DNA from: a virus
Direction: 5' to 3' (one strand)
IMG/VR virus record: IMGVR_UViG_3300016469_000277
Location: 32,001 to 96,000 of that record
DNA: 64,000 nt
The notes under the pieces were generated by a model. That model ran no database searches, had not been told where the DNA came from, and saw only the letters and a program-made list of their open reading frames with translations. This document shows positions 1 to 10,132 of the stretch, one piece after another; within the stretch, counting starts at the first letter, position 1; each line of letters opens with the position of its first letter. Both the position numbers and the translations under genes were made by a program.

Positions 1-53
1 TAATTGAATCTTCTTTTTGAGCTGGCAAGACTAAAACACGATTTGCTAACGGT

Positions 54-425
54 TTAAACATATTGGTTTCCCCCTGTTAATGACAAAAAGCGTTCCTTAT
101 CCTCAGATACTGTCAAAGTGACACCCATTGGCATAGTGTAAACCTTTTGGTCAAAGCCAATAAGTTGTTTTTGTCCGTTGATGTTTTTGTACTTAGGTTT
201 GCTTGGATCAGGGATCATTTGGTCGTGAGCTAAGCTTAAGTAGATTTCAATGTTTCCTCCTTCTACAATACGTGCTGCAGCTACGTGGTCTAGGCTAAAA
301 CATCCTTTAACTACTTTAGTTTTTTCTTTTGAAGGAACGTAGTCAATTTCATCTTCATGCTGAACAGGCTTCTCGACTTCCCGTTCAAATTCTTCGTGGT
401 ACCAGAATAAGTTTTTATTTTCCAT
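54..425 (-). CDS. hypothetical protein
   Basis: 123-aa ORF with upstream TATATTTG box (439-446, - strand). Confidence 0.75.
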   Translation of the reverse strand: MENKNLFWYHEEFEREVEKPVQHEDEIDYVPSKEKTKVVKGCFSLDHVAAARIVEGGNIEIYLSLAHDQMIPDPSKPKYKNINGQKQLIGFDQKVYTMPMGVTLTVSEDKERFLSLTGGNQYV

Positions 426-502
426 GGATTTAATATTGCAAATATAGGCAGTTGGTATTATATTTGCAAATAACTAAAAAGCAAAAAATCAATTTAAAAT
501 TT

Positions 503-754
503 ATGGAACAAGAAAAAATCAGTTGGTCTCCAGAAGCCAAAATCGAAGTAACAGGCAGAGAGTTTGAATTTCTAGCTCGTCTTGCTTCTTTGTATGAAAT
601 TCCTCAAGCACAACTTAGCCTTAAAGATTTGCAAGAACTTTATATTCCTGCTTTGCAAGCTAGTCAAGATATTTTGAAGCGTATGCTTGAAGGCGGAATT
701 GCTACTAAAGGTGAACTTCCTACTGAACCTGAAGTAGAAGGTGCAGTTATCTAA
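503..754 (+). CDS. hypothetical protein (start revised to ATG 503)
   Basis: ORF downstream of TATATTTG box and an A-rich leader; followed by a terminator hairpin. Confidence 0.7.
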   Translation: MEQEKISWSPEAKIEVTGREFEFLARLASLYEIPQAQLSLKDLQELYIPALQASQDILKRMLEGGIATKGELPTEPEVEGAVI

Positions 755-803
755 TTAGGACCCCTCCTTGGATAGTATCCATTGATTGACACTTTGTGTT
801 TCT

Positions 804-834
804 AAAACCCCTAATAACCCATTAGGGGTTTTTT
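804..834 (+). terminator. intrinsic terminator
   Basis: AAAACCCCTAAT-loop-ATTAGGGGTTTTTT hairpin with U tract. Confidence 0.75.
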
Positions 835-847
835 CTTTACCCCTAAA

Positions 848-878
848 CTTGACTTTTTTGCTAAAAAGATTATATTTG
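848..878 (+). promoter_or_regulatory. Bacteroidota-type -33/-7 promoter
   Basis: CTTGAC...TATATTTG; same architecture near 2275-2303, 47261-47291, 48329-48359, 50654-50683 and 57341-57371. Confidence 0.7.
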
Positions 879-891
879 AATAAACTTAATT

Positions 892-1104
892 ATGAGCTTT
901 ATTAAATCAATGTTTGTTGCCGATGGAGGCACATCCCACAAAAGAGTATTAGGAACTTTAGGTTTTCTTTGTCTTATAGTTTTTCTTTTTACTTGTAAAG
1001 AAAGCGTAAAACCTGAAGCTGTATCTGCAATAGAATTTATTACTATCTCTGCAATCTTTGGAACAGTAGTTGAAAAATTCGCAGGTAAAAAAACCGAATC
1101 ATGA
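892..1104 (+). CDS. putative holin / small two-TM membrane protein
   Basis: Two hydrophobic segments, basic C-terminus, overlaps endolysin start. Confidence 0.55.
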   Translation: MSFIKSMFVADGGTSHKRVLGTLGFLCLIVFLFTCKESVKPEAVSAIEFITISAIFGTVVEKFAGKKTES

Positions 1105-1724
1105 AACGCCTACAAGAAATCTTAAACGCAAACGGAGCCTCTCTTACTACTGACGGAATAATAGGTCCTAAGAGTTTAGCGGCTCTTCATACTTATGTCC
1201 AAAATAATCTAACTAAGAGAAAGTGGCGTATGCCTACTGACGGACTTGTTTGGATAAGAACAGACAAAAACTTAACTAATACGTTTGATGACTTTGTAGC
1301 AGTATATAAAGGAGGTAATTGTGTTATGGCTCTTTCATGTTCTACTACTGCAGGAGACTATTATGTATTTAATCCTTTGACTGTAGGAGGAATTACAGGA
1401 ACCGCAATAGCAGCCGAACAGCAGATTATTGGAGCACACCAATTTGTGACTAATAAAAACTGGAAATTCCTTTGGTTAAATGCTCCTTACTTTATGCAAG
1501 TAAGACCTATCACTATTTATAGAGACGGAAACAAAGATAGACTTATTGACAAAGGAGTAACTCAATTTGGACTCTTTGGAATCAATCTTCACCGTGGAGG
1601 ACTAGCTGCATTTATCAATGGATGGAGTGCGGGCTGCCTAGTTGTAGTAGATTCTCTATGGTTTGAAGTCGTTAAATTGTTTAACAATGGGCAATTTATA
1701 GATTTCACATTATTTGAGGTCTAA
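1101..1724 (+). CDS. putative endolysin (PG-binding N-terminus plus L,D-transpeptidase-like His/Cys domain)
   Basis: LQEILN...DGIIGPKS peptidoglycan-binding motif; GINLHRGG...WSAGC catalytic-type motif. Confidence 0.7.
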   Translation: MKRLQEILNANGASLTTDGIIGPKSLAALHTYVQNNLTKRKWRMPTDGLVWIRTDKNLTNTFDDFVAVYKGGNCVMALSCSTTAGDYYVFNPLTVGGITGTAIAAEQQIIGAHQFVTNKNWKFLWLNAPYFMQVRPITIYRDGNKDRLIDKGVTQFGLFGINLHRGGLAAFINGWSAGCLVVVDSLWFEVVKLFNNGQFIDFTLFEV

Positions 1725-2238
1725 TAAGACTGTCTCTTGTTATTCTTTTATAACTTCTTCCACGAGCTATATCCATAATAACGTGTTTTTTAACTCCATA
1801 TTCTTTTGCAAGAACTATGTGGGGTTTTCCTTTTTTAAGGTCTTCTAGTATATTTAAAACACGTTCTTCGTCTAACATTCTTTTACAATGGTTAACTCCT
1901 AACACATAAAACATGTGTTTTTGATTTTCTGATTGCGTACACCATTCTAAATTTTCTATTGTATTATCTGTTTTAATCCCATTTTTATGATTTACTTGGG
2001 CTTTACAAAAATCTGGTTTTCCTAAAAATGCTTCTAAAACTAAAACATGTATAAGTTTCCACTTTACAAAACTATTTTTAGTCAGAGCAACTCTTAAATA
2101 ACCTTTTTTTATTTTTTGAGATGTTAATAATTTTTCTTTAGAATTTACAGATTTAGAGCCTGCTATTCTTTTTACATTTCCTATATTAGATACTTGATAT
2201 AAGCCTTCATAGCCTACTACATCTTTCCATATTTCCAT
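1705..2238 (-). CDS. NUMOD4-HNH homing endonuclease
   Basis: EIWKDVVGYEGLYQVSNIG (NUMOD4); VNHKNGIKTDN...NLEW (HNH). Confidence 0.9.
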   Translation of the reverse strand: MEIWKDVVGYEGLYQVSNIGNVKRIAGSKSVNSKEKLLTSQKIKKGYLRVALTKNSFVKWKLIHVLVLEAFLGKPDFCKAQVNHKNGIKTDNTIENLEWCTQSENQKHMFYVLGVNHCKRMLDEERVLNILEDLKKGKPHIVLAKEYGVKKHVIMDIARGRSYKRITRDSLIRPQIM

Positions 2239-2348
2239 AATTACAAATATAATATAAGTATCTTACTTTTTCTCTTGACTTTTTTTAGAAAAAGTTTATC
2301 TTTGGCATAATTGGCCCTCTTGGGCGGGATTTTATAATCCGTAAAGTT

Positions 2349-3710
2349 ATGCGCTATAAGAAGATGACTAATCCCACAGACGGGATTAACCAGACTAATA
2401 AACAGTTAGGTACAGTTGAAGACCAACTCTGCTGCATTGATGACAGTATCAAAGCAGTAGAGAATGCAGTCGAAAACATAAACGTAACTGTTGGGGAATT
2501 TACTCTAGCTAATACTCCTCAAATAGATGCTTTTGGTCGTCTTCGTGTAAGTAATCCTTTAACTTTATTTGATTCAAGCCACAGATTCGATGATAACGAT
2601 TTGTGGTCTACAGCTGTTGCTACTAGTGGAGCAGCTGTTTATAATACTAACCAAGGTTTAATTGATCTTAATGTAACAAATGCTAGTGGTTCCTCAGTAA
2701 CGAGAGAGACTATTAAAGTGTTTGCTTACCAACCAGGTAAATCTCTTTTAGTTCTTAATACGTTTGTAATGAGTCCTGCTAAAACAGGACTAACTCAACG
2801 TGTAGGATACTATGGAACACAAAATGGTTTCTACTTAGAACAAGTAGATAACACAGTTCAATTTGTAAAAAGAAGCTTAGTTACAGGAAGTGTAGTAAAC
2901 ACCCCTGTTACTCAAGCTAACTGGAATGGAGATAGGTTAGATGGAACTGGTCCTAGTGGAATTACTTTAGATTTAACTAAAGCTCAAATCTTATGGATGG
3001 ATCTTGAGTGGCTAGGTGTAGGTTCAGTTCGTATAGGATTTGTAATTAACGGACAATTCATTGTTTGTCATACATTTCAACATGCCAACATAATAACAAG
3101 TACTTACATAACTACTGCTTCACTTCCTCTCCGTTATGAAATATTTAACACTAGCGGAACAAGCGGAGCTTCTACTTTAAAACAAATCTGTTCTACTGTA
3201 ATTTCTGAAGGAGGATACCAGCTTAAAGGAGAACAACGTTCTGTAGGAACTTCTATTCTTTCTGCTAGAACTTTTGCAGTAGCCGGAACTTATTACCCAA
3301 TTGTTGCACTTAGATTAAAATCAACCAGACTAGATGCAATTGCTGTTGTAAGTGCTGTTTCTCTTTTAGGAATAGGAAACGGCAAAAACTACGCTTGGAG
3401 AATAGTAAATATGGGTGTATCAGTTACAGGAGGTTCTTGGGTTTCTGCAGCTGTAGATTCTTCTGTTGAGTATAACTTAACCGGGACAAGTGCATCAGGA
3501 GGAAGAATAGTTGCTAGTGGTTATATTAATTCTTCTAACCAAGCTTCCCCCGCACTTAATATATTAAAAGAAGCTCTCTTTGCTAATCAACTAGAAAGAA
3601 ACGGCTTAACCGGAGTTCCTTATGAGTTTGTACTAGAGGTAGCTGTAGGAACAACTTCTGGAGGTGAAGGAGTTTTTGCTTCAATAGACTGGGAAGAAAT
3701 AAGCAGATAA
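2349..3710 (+). CDS. putative virion structural protein
   Basis: DAFGRLRVSNP motif, beta-rich composition, located in tail module. Confidence 0.6.
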   Translation: MRYKKMTNPTDGINQTNKQLGTVEDQLCCIDDSIKAVENAVENINVTVGEFTLANTPQIDAFGRLRVSNPLTLFDSSHRFDDNDLWSTAVATSGAAVYNTNQGLIDLNVTNASGSSVTRETIKVFAYQPGKSLLVLNTFVMSPAKTGLTQRVGYYGTQNGFYLEQVDNTVQFVKRSLVTGSVVNTPVTQANWNGDRLDGTGPSGITLDLTKAQILWMDLEWLGVGSVRIGFVINGQFIVCHTFQHANIITSTYITTASLPLRYEIFNTSGTSGASTLKQICSTVISEGGYQLKGEQRSVGTSILSARTFAVAGTYYPIVALRLKSTRLDAIAVVSAVSLLGIGNGKNYAWRIVNMGVSVTGGSWVSAAVDSSVEYNLTGTSASGGRIVASGYINSSNQASPALNILKEALFANQLERNGLTGVPYEFVLEVAVGTTSGGEGVFASIDWEEISR

Positions 3711-3733
3711 AAAATAAACTTAAGTATAAAGAT

Positions 3734-4180
3734 ATGCAAAACAAAAAAATGACTAACCCTACCGATGGGATAAATGAGTCAAATAAAAAACTTAGATCTA
3801 TCTACGATCAGCTCTGTTGCTTGACAGGAGCAGTAAAAGACATTGATATTAACGTAGGAGACATTGAGCTAGAAGTAGACGGAGTAGAAGAACTCCTTCA
3901 GGATATTTTAGACGCTATTGTTGCAGGTGGTGGTGGAGGAGGAAGCTATAACTCTATGGATAGTTCTTCTTTAGCTGCTGCTGCAACTTTAACTTTTAAC
4001 CCAGGTGATGTACATAGTTTTACTTGGGAACTAGGCTTAGGAGCTACTATACAAATCGCAACAGGAACTAGCACTAACACATTTACTAATAGCGGAAGTG
4101 TTTCTTTTTCTACTTTTAATACCCAGACTATTACTATTACCGCAGTAGGCGGAACTGTTAAAGTAATTTATAATTATTAA
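3734..4180 (+). CDS. putative virion structural protein
   Basis: N-terminus paralogous to 2349..3710; Gly linker then beta-rich domain. Confidence 0.6.
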   Translation: MQNKKMTNPTDGINESNKKLRSIYDQLCCLTGAVKDIDINVGDIELEVDGVEELLQDILDAIVAGGGGGGSYNSMDSSSLAAAATLTFNPGDVHSFTWELGLGATIQIATGTSTNTFTNSGSVSFSTFNTQTITITAVGGTVKVIYNY

Positions 4181-4182
4181 TT

Positions 4183-6741
4183 ATGAGTGACGCAAAAGTA
4201 TCTTTTTACCCTATAGGAGTTCCTCCTAGTCGTACATTAACAATTAATGGTACAACTTATGATTTATCTGTAAACAGAAGTTGGTCTGTAGGTGATGTTT
4301 TTACTTCTGGAAGTTATTCTAATCCGACTTGGATTACTTCATTGGCTTGGTCTAAAATTACTTCTACTCCTACAACATTAGCAGGATATGGAATTACAGA
4401 TGGAGTTTCTACTTCTAGAACTTTAACTATAAATGGAACAGCGTTTGATTTGTCAGCAAACCGTACTTGGTCTGTAGGTACAGTAACAAGTGTCGCAGCT
4501 CTTACACTGGGAACTTCTGGAACAGACTTAAGTTCTACTGTAGCAACAGGTACTACTACTCCTGTAATAACTTTAAACGTACCAACTGCAAGTGCAACTA
4601 ATAGAGGTGCATTAAGTTCTGCTGATTGGAGTACGTTTAATAATAAAATAGGTGGTAGCGGTACAAATGGGCAGATTTCATATTTTACTGCCGCAAGCAC
4701 AATAGCAAGTTCTTCAACACTGACATTTACACCAACAACTGCTTTACGATTAAGCAACTCGGTTACTGCTGGTTTGGGTCTTGCGCAAGGCAGCTTTTTT
4801 TCACCTACCGTGATTGCTGCTGCAAACAACGATGTATTAGTTGGTTTAGACATAACACCTACGTTTACCGTTGGTGTATTTACTGGCGTAACGCCTTTAG
4901 CATTAAGAGCAAGTGGTCGCGTTACTTTTCAAGGCTCTGTTACAAACACAGGTAATTTATCAAACTATACCGTAACCGCCTCAAGTGCTTTGGCTCGTTC
5001 AAAGGCTATTACTTCGACTTTAGTTGCAGCGGCCAATAACGATGTGCTTGCAGCTTTAGATATAGCCCCTACCTTTACGAATGGACTTTTCACTGGCGTT
5101 TCAAACTTTGCATTAAGAACACAAACTGGTAACGTGGTTTTTGGAACTACAAGTGGTTCAGTTGGTATAGGTACTTCAAGTATTAACGCAAGTGCTATTC
5201 TTGACATCACTTCTACGGCAAGAGGTTTTCTTGCCCCAAGAATGACTACGGCACAGAAAAACGCCATTGGTACTCCTGCAACGGGCTTATTGGTTTATGA
5301 TACCACTTTAAACGCCTTTAATTTTTACAACGGTAGCGTTTGGGGTGGTTTAGGTGGAGGACTTACAAACTGGACTGAAGCCTATTCAGCAGCACAACCC
5401 ACAAGTTCTTTCACGGCTACTAATGCTTCTGCAAACGTAAACGCAGCACTTGTTCCAAAAGGCACTGGCGCAGTTGTAGCGTCTATACCTGATGGTGGAG
5501 GTGGAGGTAACTCAAGAGGTATTTACGCAGTAGATTTACAAACAAGAAGAAACAACGCAGCTCAAGTTGCTTCGGGCGATTATTCTGTAATTGGTGGAGG
5601 CTTCTTCAATAGAGCAACAGCTTTTGGCTCTCACACAGGAGGAGGCTATAACAATAACAATGCTTCTACTTATGGACTTATAGGGGGAGGAGAAACCAAT
5701 ACAATAGTTGGAGGACAAGGCGATGTAATTACGGGAGGTTCAAACAATACGATAAACTTTGCTGGTGTTGGTAACGCCAATTGGAGATTTATTGGTGGTG
5801 GATATGGTAATTCTACTAGTGGTGGTCAAAATGATACCGCAGCGATTGTAGGAGGTTTATCTAATTATATTGGTCTTTTCGGAAACTATGCTTTCTTGGG
5901 CGCAGGCAGACAAAATAGCTGTACTGGTACTTATAGTGCTTTAACTGGAGGTTATCTAAACAGAATAGGTAATGGTGATAATAATTTAGCAACTAATTGT
6001 TTCTTGGGTGCTGGGCAATCTAATGTTATAGACACTAACTCTGATTACTCAACTTTGGGAGGGGGTTTATCAAATACTATTTCAGGAGTAGATTATTGCT
6101 TTATTGGAGGTGGTAATACAAACACAATCTCACAAAACTACGGAACTATTGTTGGAGGTCAAAGCCAAACAATATCCGCTACTTATGGTTACATAGGTGG
6201 AGGTCAAAGCAACACTGTTTCTGCAAGTTATGCGTCAATTAACGGAGGACTTCAAGCAACTGCTGGTCTTTATGGACAACAAGCAAGAGCAGCAGGTCAA
6301 TTTGCAGCCAGTGGAGATGCACAAGCGCACGAACTTATTTGGCGTAGATCAATCACAGGAACAGCTCAAACAGAATTATTTCTTGATGGGGCAAGTGTAG
6401 CTGCTATTCTTCCAGGAACTAATGCCATTTGGCAAGGAATAATTGATATAGCAGCTGTTTGTACTGTAACAGGTAACGGAACTACTACTGTAGGAGATGT
6501 TGCTGCTACTTCTTATAAAGTAACAATTAAAAGAATTGGAACTACTACTTCACTTGTAGGCACTGTTCAAGAAATAGGGACTACTAATTCAAACACTTCA
6601 ATGTCTACATCAGTCTTTACAATAGACAATAATGACACAAGTGAGAGTTTAAGAATACAATTTACTCCTCCGACTACCGCAGGATCAACTACTGTAACTC
6701 GTGCAGTAGCTACCTTTAGAGGACTTCAAATACAATACTAA
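4183..6741 (+). CDS. tail fibre / receptor-binding protein
   Basis: T/S/G/A-rich; PTTLAGYGITD motif; duplicated RTLTINGT.DLS.NR.WSVG and AAANNDVL repeats; GG.xN beta-roll repeats. Confidence 0.8.
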   Translation: MSDAKVSFYPIGVPPSRTLTINGTTYDLSVNRSWSVGDVFTSGSYSNPTWITSLAWSKITSTPTTLAGYGITDGVSTSRTLTINGTAFDLSANRTWSVGTVTSVAALTLGTSGTDLSSTVATGTTTPVITLNVPTASATNRGALSSADWSTFNNKIGGSGTNGQISYFTAASTIASSSTLTFTPTTALRLSNSVTAGLGLAQGSFFSPTVIAAANNDVLVGLDITPTFTVGVFTGVTPLALRASGRVTFQGSVTNTGNLSNYTVTASSALARSKAITSTLVAAANNDVLAALDIAPTFTNGLFTGVSNFALRTQTGNVVFGTTSGSVGIGTSSINASAILDITSTARGFLAPRMTTAQKNAIGTPATGLLVYDTTLNAFNFYNGSVWGGLGGGLTNWTEAYSAAQPTSSFTATNASANVNAALVPKGTGAVVASIPDGGGGGNSRGIYAVDLQTRRNNAAQVASGDYSVIGGGFFNRATAFGSHTGGGYNNNNASTYGLIGGGETNTIVGGQGDVITGGSNNTINFAGVGNANWRFIGGGYGNSTSGGQNDTAAIVGGLSNYIGLFGNYAFLGAGRQNSCTGTYSALTGGYLNRIGNGDNNLATNCFLGAGQSNVIDTNSDYSTLGGGLSNTISGVDYCFIGGGNTNTISQNYGTIVGGQSQTISATYGYIGGGQSNTVSASYASINGGLQATAGLYGQQARAAGQFAASGDAQAHELIWRRSITGTAQTELFLDGASVAAILPGTNAIWQGIIDIAAVCTVTGNGTTTVGDVAATSYKVTIKRIGTTTSLVGTVQEIGTTNSNTSMSTSVFTIDNNDTSESLRIQFTPPTTAGSTTVTRAVATFRGLQIQY

Positions 6742-6767
6742 TCAATAATAATTAAAACTAAATAATA

Positions 6768-7067
6768 ATGGCACTTCAAATAAATGCAGACGTACAGACT
6801 ACTGACGGTTTTACTGTACAACCTTTCGTATTTCTTGATATTCAACTTTATAAAGGAATATCAAGAGCAATCCTTTATTACTACAAAGATCAAGATTCTT
6901 ATGAAGCAGGAAAATCACCTATTGGTGTAAGTCTTCCTAATCTAGTCTCTTTAAATCTAACTGTAGAAGAATTCTTTGGTCCAAACCTAGCTACATTGTT
7001 TCACGACAAAGCTATTGAAGAGATAGAAGAAACGACTGGAGCTGGGACTGTTGTAATCGTTCAGTAG
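6768..7067 (+). CDS. hypothetical protein (possible fibre chaperone)
   Basis: 99-aa acidic ORF directly after the fibre gene. Confidence 0.55.
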   Translation: MALQINADVQTTDGFTVQPFVFLDIQLYKGISRAILYYYKDQDSYEAGKSPIGVSLPNLVSLNLTVEEFFGPNLATLFHDKAIEEIEETTGAGTVVIVQ

Positions 7068-7075
7068 TTAATCTT

Positions 7076-7507
7076 ATGAAAATCTCTGCAACTCTCTACT
7101 CGCTTACTACTGTTTGTGCTTTTGTTGGAAGCTACTTTTTTAAACTAGGTTCAGATTACGCAGAACAGTATCTTGCGATTGTTTCAGTTGTCCTATTAGA
7201 TGGATTTTTTGGAATTATAGCAGGGACTAAAACAGAAGGATTTAAAACCCACAAAGCCTTAAAAGTCATTAAGACTTTAATTACCTGGATTCTTCTTCTT
7301 ACAGGTGTTTTTATTGTAGAAAGAAGCTTTGTAGGAACCGACTGGCTCTCAGAAACAATTGCAGCTCCTTTTATTTTATTTCAACTTATTTCAGCTTTAA
7401 AGAATGCAGAGAGAGCAGGATTTATCAAGAACGAACTTCTTACCTTTATTTTAGATAAGATAGATCGACACAAAGTTACAGCTAAGGAAAAAGAAAAAGG
7501 GGAGTAA
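7076..7507 (+). CDS. putative holin (multi-TM)
   Basis: Several TM segments; D...GI.A and SALKNAERAG pattern typical of phage holin family 4-like proteins. Confidence 0.7.
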   Translation: MKISATLYSLTTVCAFVGSYFFKLGSDYAEQYLAIVSVVLLDGFFGIIAGTKTEGFKTHKALKVIKTLITWILLLTGVFIVERSFVGTDWLSETIAAPFILFQLISALKNAERAGFIKNELLTFILDKIDRHKVTAKEKEKGE

Positions 7508-7527
7508 AAACTCCCCTTTCTTTTTTT
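7492..7527. terminator. bidirectional terminator at convergence of late and replication modules
   Basis: A-tract, AAAGGGGAG/CTCCCCTTT hairpin, T-tract. Confidence 0.8.
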
Positions 7528-7960
7528 AGTAGCGATAAATCTCCTTAGTAATATCTACAAGTTTGTCTTCTAGTTTTCCTGAGTAGACTATATCTTTAAA
7601 CGTCTTGCTGAAGTTTGAAAATTTACCTTGTTTAAATAAAATTATATCTTGTCTAAAAACAGGATTATATTTAAACACAAACATCATACCCTCGTCGGTT
7701 TCGTAGAAGTCATAAAAAGACTTAAACTCTGTTATACTATTCAAAAGACTCGCAGGAGTAATTCCTGTTCTTGTTTGAATTAAAAGATTATCAGGAGTAC
7801 GAAAATGAAAAAAGATACAATCTAAATACTTTTTTCTGGTTCCATAATCATCTAGGTAAATTCCTAAAAGTCCAGCTCTTCGCAAAGTAGGCATAGCTCC
7901 CTGCTGAAAGATTAATCCATAAAGAATATTAGTTGTATCATTGGTTACAGTGTCAACCAT
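7526..7960 (-). CDS. conserved hypothetical protein (start revised)
   Basis: MVDTVTND start overlaps the end of the upstream gene. Confidence 0.6.
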   Translation of the reverse strand: MVDTVTNDTTNILYGLIFQQGAMPTLRRAGLLGIYLDDYGTRKKYLDCIFFHFRTPDNLLIQTRTGITPASLLNSITEFKSFYDFYETDEGMMFVFKYNPVFRQDIILFKQGKFSNFSKTFKDIVYSGKLEDKLVDITKEIYRY

Positions 7961-8934
7961 TTTTTGCCTTTGTTTAGATAGACGTGCATAGGATAATGCC
8001 AAATACCTTCTTGGGTATGCCACTTAAATCTTTTGATAGCTTCAGCAAATCCTTCATAATACTTTTCTCCTCTGTAGCCTCCTTGTTCCCCCATTAAAAG
8101 AATTGTAGAGTCACATATATACTCAACAGGAGAACCTGGGTACTTAAATGATTCGACTACAAAAGAAAAAGGTGCAATAGAGTACCCTTTTTCTTGCAAA
8201 TCTTTGATTTTCTCAGGAGGACTTTCGTGTAGGCCGTAAGAATAAAAAGAAGCTTGAAAGTAATATCCCATTTTCCAAAATATCCATTCCCAGTTATCTG
8301 TAGGACTTTCTGTTACTTTGAGATCTACGGGAAAGATTAGTTTCTTTTTGTGGTTAATATGAACTAAATCCATTAATCCTTTACAAGCTTCTCCGTCATA
8401 AGTAAAGTTAAGTTCTACTTGGTATAGATTTTCTGTGTCTTCTGGTTGACTAAAATAATGCTTTACAAAATCATTATACCTAAGACTGTCTACTACGGAT
8501 TGTACTTTTATAAACTGTTCAGAGGTTAAGACTTTTTTACCTCGGTTGTTACAGAGGAATTCATAATAGTCTTGTCCGTCTTTTTGGAATTTAACTTTAA
8601 GCACATCGTGGCTAATCTTAGCTCCGGTTTTAGCATAAGCTAACTCTGGACTCCCTGTAGTGAATAGATGCCAAGCATAATCACCTACTTGTCCTGTAGG
8701 TTTAACTAGGTCAGTAACTACGAACTGTTCATAGAACTTATCTTCTCCTTGAGTTAAGATAAGATCGCAAGCGTCTCCTATCATTATGTTCTCAGAAGGT
8801 TCGTCGTCGTCTGGGATTTCACTTCCTTCTTGCTCTTGTAAGCGTTTAAGGAAGAGTTGTGGGCTATAAAGTAGCTTTTTAAGCAAACTTTGGTTTAACC
8901 CTTTGTTTTGTAAATATTCGTTACTTATTATCAT
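7945..8934 (-). CDS. PD-(D/E)xK exonuclease (RecE/ExoVIII-like)
   Basis: LNQSLLK...G.ACD; CKGLMD...VDLK...YYFQASFY motifs. Confidence 0.75.
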   Translation of the reverse strand: MIISNEYLQNKGLNQSLLKKLLYSPQLFLKRLQEQEGSEIPDDDEPSENIMIGDACDLILTQGEDKFYEQFVVTDLVKPTGQVGDYAWHLFTTGSPELAYAKTGAKISHDVLKVKFQKDGQDYYEFLCNNRGKKVLTSEQFIKVQSVVDSLRYNDFVKHYFSQPEDTENLYQVELNFTYDGEACKGLMDLVHINHKKKLIFPVDLKVTESPTDNWEWIFWKMGYYFQASFYSYGLHESPPEKIKDLQEKGYSIAPFSFVVESFKYPGSPVEYICDSTILLMGEQGGYRGEKYYEGFAEAIKRFKWHTQEGIWHYPMHVYLNKGKKWLTL

Positions 8935-9238
8935 ATTTTTTTCTTAGTTTAAATTCAAGTATAGCTAGTGCGTTCCAAGCTACAGCTATATCGTGTTCTA
9001 GTTCTGAGTCTTCTCCGTCTTTAAAGAAGTGTCTCATTAAGGCATTTTGGTAACTTTCGACTCCTCTTTCTTCTCCTATACGAAACCAGTTATTCCAATC
9101 GTCTCCTTTCTCGTATTTATCGTGGCCGTGTTTACTTCTAGCTACGACTTCTCTAATTGCTAGAGGAAACTGAGTACACAATACAGTATAATAAGGAAGT
9201 TTTTCGTCGTCAAATTTTAGAGCCTTTTCTGTACTCAT
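8921..9238 (-). CDS. dATP/dGTP diphosphohydrolase-like (DUF5664)
   Basis: KFDDEK...GHDKY...NW...ALMRH...H..AVAWNAL. Confidence 0.75.
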   Translation of the reverse strand: MSTEKALKFDDEKLPYYTVLCTQFPLAIREVVARSKHGHDKYEKGDDWNNWFRIGEERGVESYQNALMRHFFKDGEDSELEHDIAVAWNALAILEFKLRKKYDNK

Positions 9239-9693
9239 GCCTTTACGTATTTATCAGAGTCTGGAATTTTTACACCTAGAATGTCTGTTGCAAAGATAAC
9301 ACACTTGTCTATAAATTGCGCTACCTCAGACCTTTTGGCGTGTTCTAAACTCATAGGAACTTTAATTGTATCTTGACTAATAGGGGAGTATTTCTCTTCA
9401 TAAAAGTACATATCCTTAAGAATAGTTACAATTTCTTCTTTAGAGTAAGCTTCTCCTTGCATTTCTTCAAATGCTTGTTTAATTATAGGAAGAACTATTC
9501 CAAAAAAGTATCTCAGCTGAGGGTTACTTTTCTTGTCTTCGCTTCGTACAAAACATATCTCTACATCACAGTAGTTGTCTATTCCAAGAAGAGCCAAGAA
9601 ATAACTTTGCATTAAATCTCGGTCTCCTTGGAGTTCAACAGTACCGTCTATCTTCCTATGTAGAGTTCCAGGAATATAGATGCGGTTAATCAT
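9235..9693 (-). CDS. NinB-like protein
   Basis: KSNPQLRYFFG...FIDKC..FA..ILGVKIP. Confidence 0.55.
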   Translation of the reverse strand: MINRIYIPGTLHRKIDGTVELQGDRDLMQSYFLALLGIDNYCDVEICFVRSEDKKSNPQLRYFFGIVLPIIKQAFEEMQGEAYSKEEIVTILKDMYFYEEKYSPISQDTIKVPMSLEHAKRSEVAQFIDKCVIFATDILGVKIPDSDKYVKA

Positions 9694-10132
9694 TCATTTT
9701 TCTTTGTAATAAAATTGATTTAATGTCCTCATCTGACTCGTACTCTTGGCCTTCAAAAATGTAAACATCTTTTTCTTCGTTGTACTCGTACTTATCAAAA
9801 TCTGAATCACTAAGATAGTAATCTGTTATCTCTCCTTTGGGGTTAAAGATGGCTTTTCCATACACAAGATTACCGGGTTCATCGTAATCAAGCTCTATTT
9901 CTGTTTTTAAAGTTTTAGCTAAAGCCTCTGCTGTTTTAAGAGCAGGGCCCCACTTTGTTTGAAACATAATAGAGTCTCCGTAAATTTCTATGTTAAAAAG
10001 ATACCTATCATCTTCAAACCAATCAAGAGTTTCTCCATGTCCGGATTTTTCTTGTCTTTTGATTAGTTTTTGAAATACGTCTTTTACATCTTGATTGCCA
10101 GTCAAGATGAAATTACTGCACCAATTAGCCAT
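9686..10132 (-). CDS. DUF1281/YubB ferredoxin-like protein
   Basis: MANWC.N...FQTKWGP...YDEPG. Confidence 0.6.
   Translation of the reverse strand: MANWCSNFILTGNQDVKDVFQKLIKRQEKSGHGETLDWFEDDRYLFNIEIYGDSIMFQTKWGPALKTAEALAKTLKTEIELDYDEPGNLVYGKAIFNPKGEITDYYLSDSDFDKYEYNEEKDVYIFEGQEYESDEDIKSILLQRKMND

Noticed and set aside
4183-6741. Diversity-generating retroelement target in the tail fibre
   Set aside because: Internal repeats differ at all bases rather than only adenines, and there is no reverse transcriptase in the window
8921-9238. Z-genome (2-aminoadenine) pathway implied by DUF5664
   Set aside because: No PurZ or DatZ gene is seen in this window
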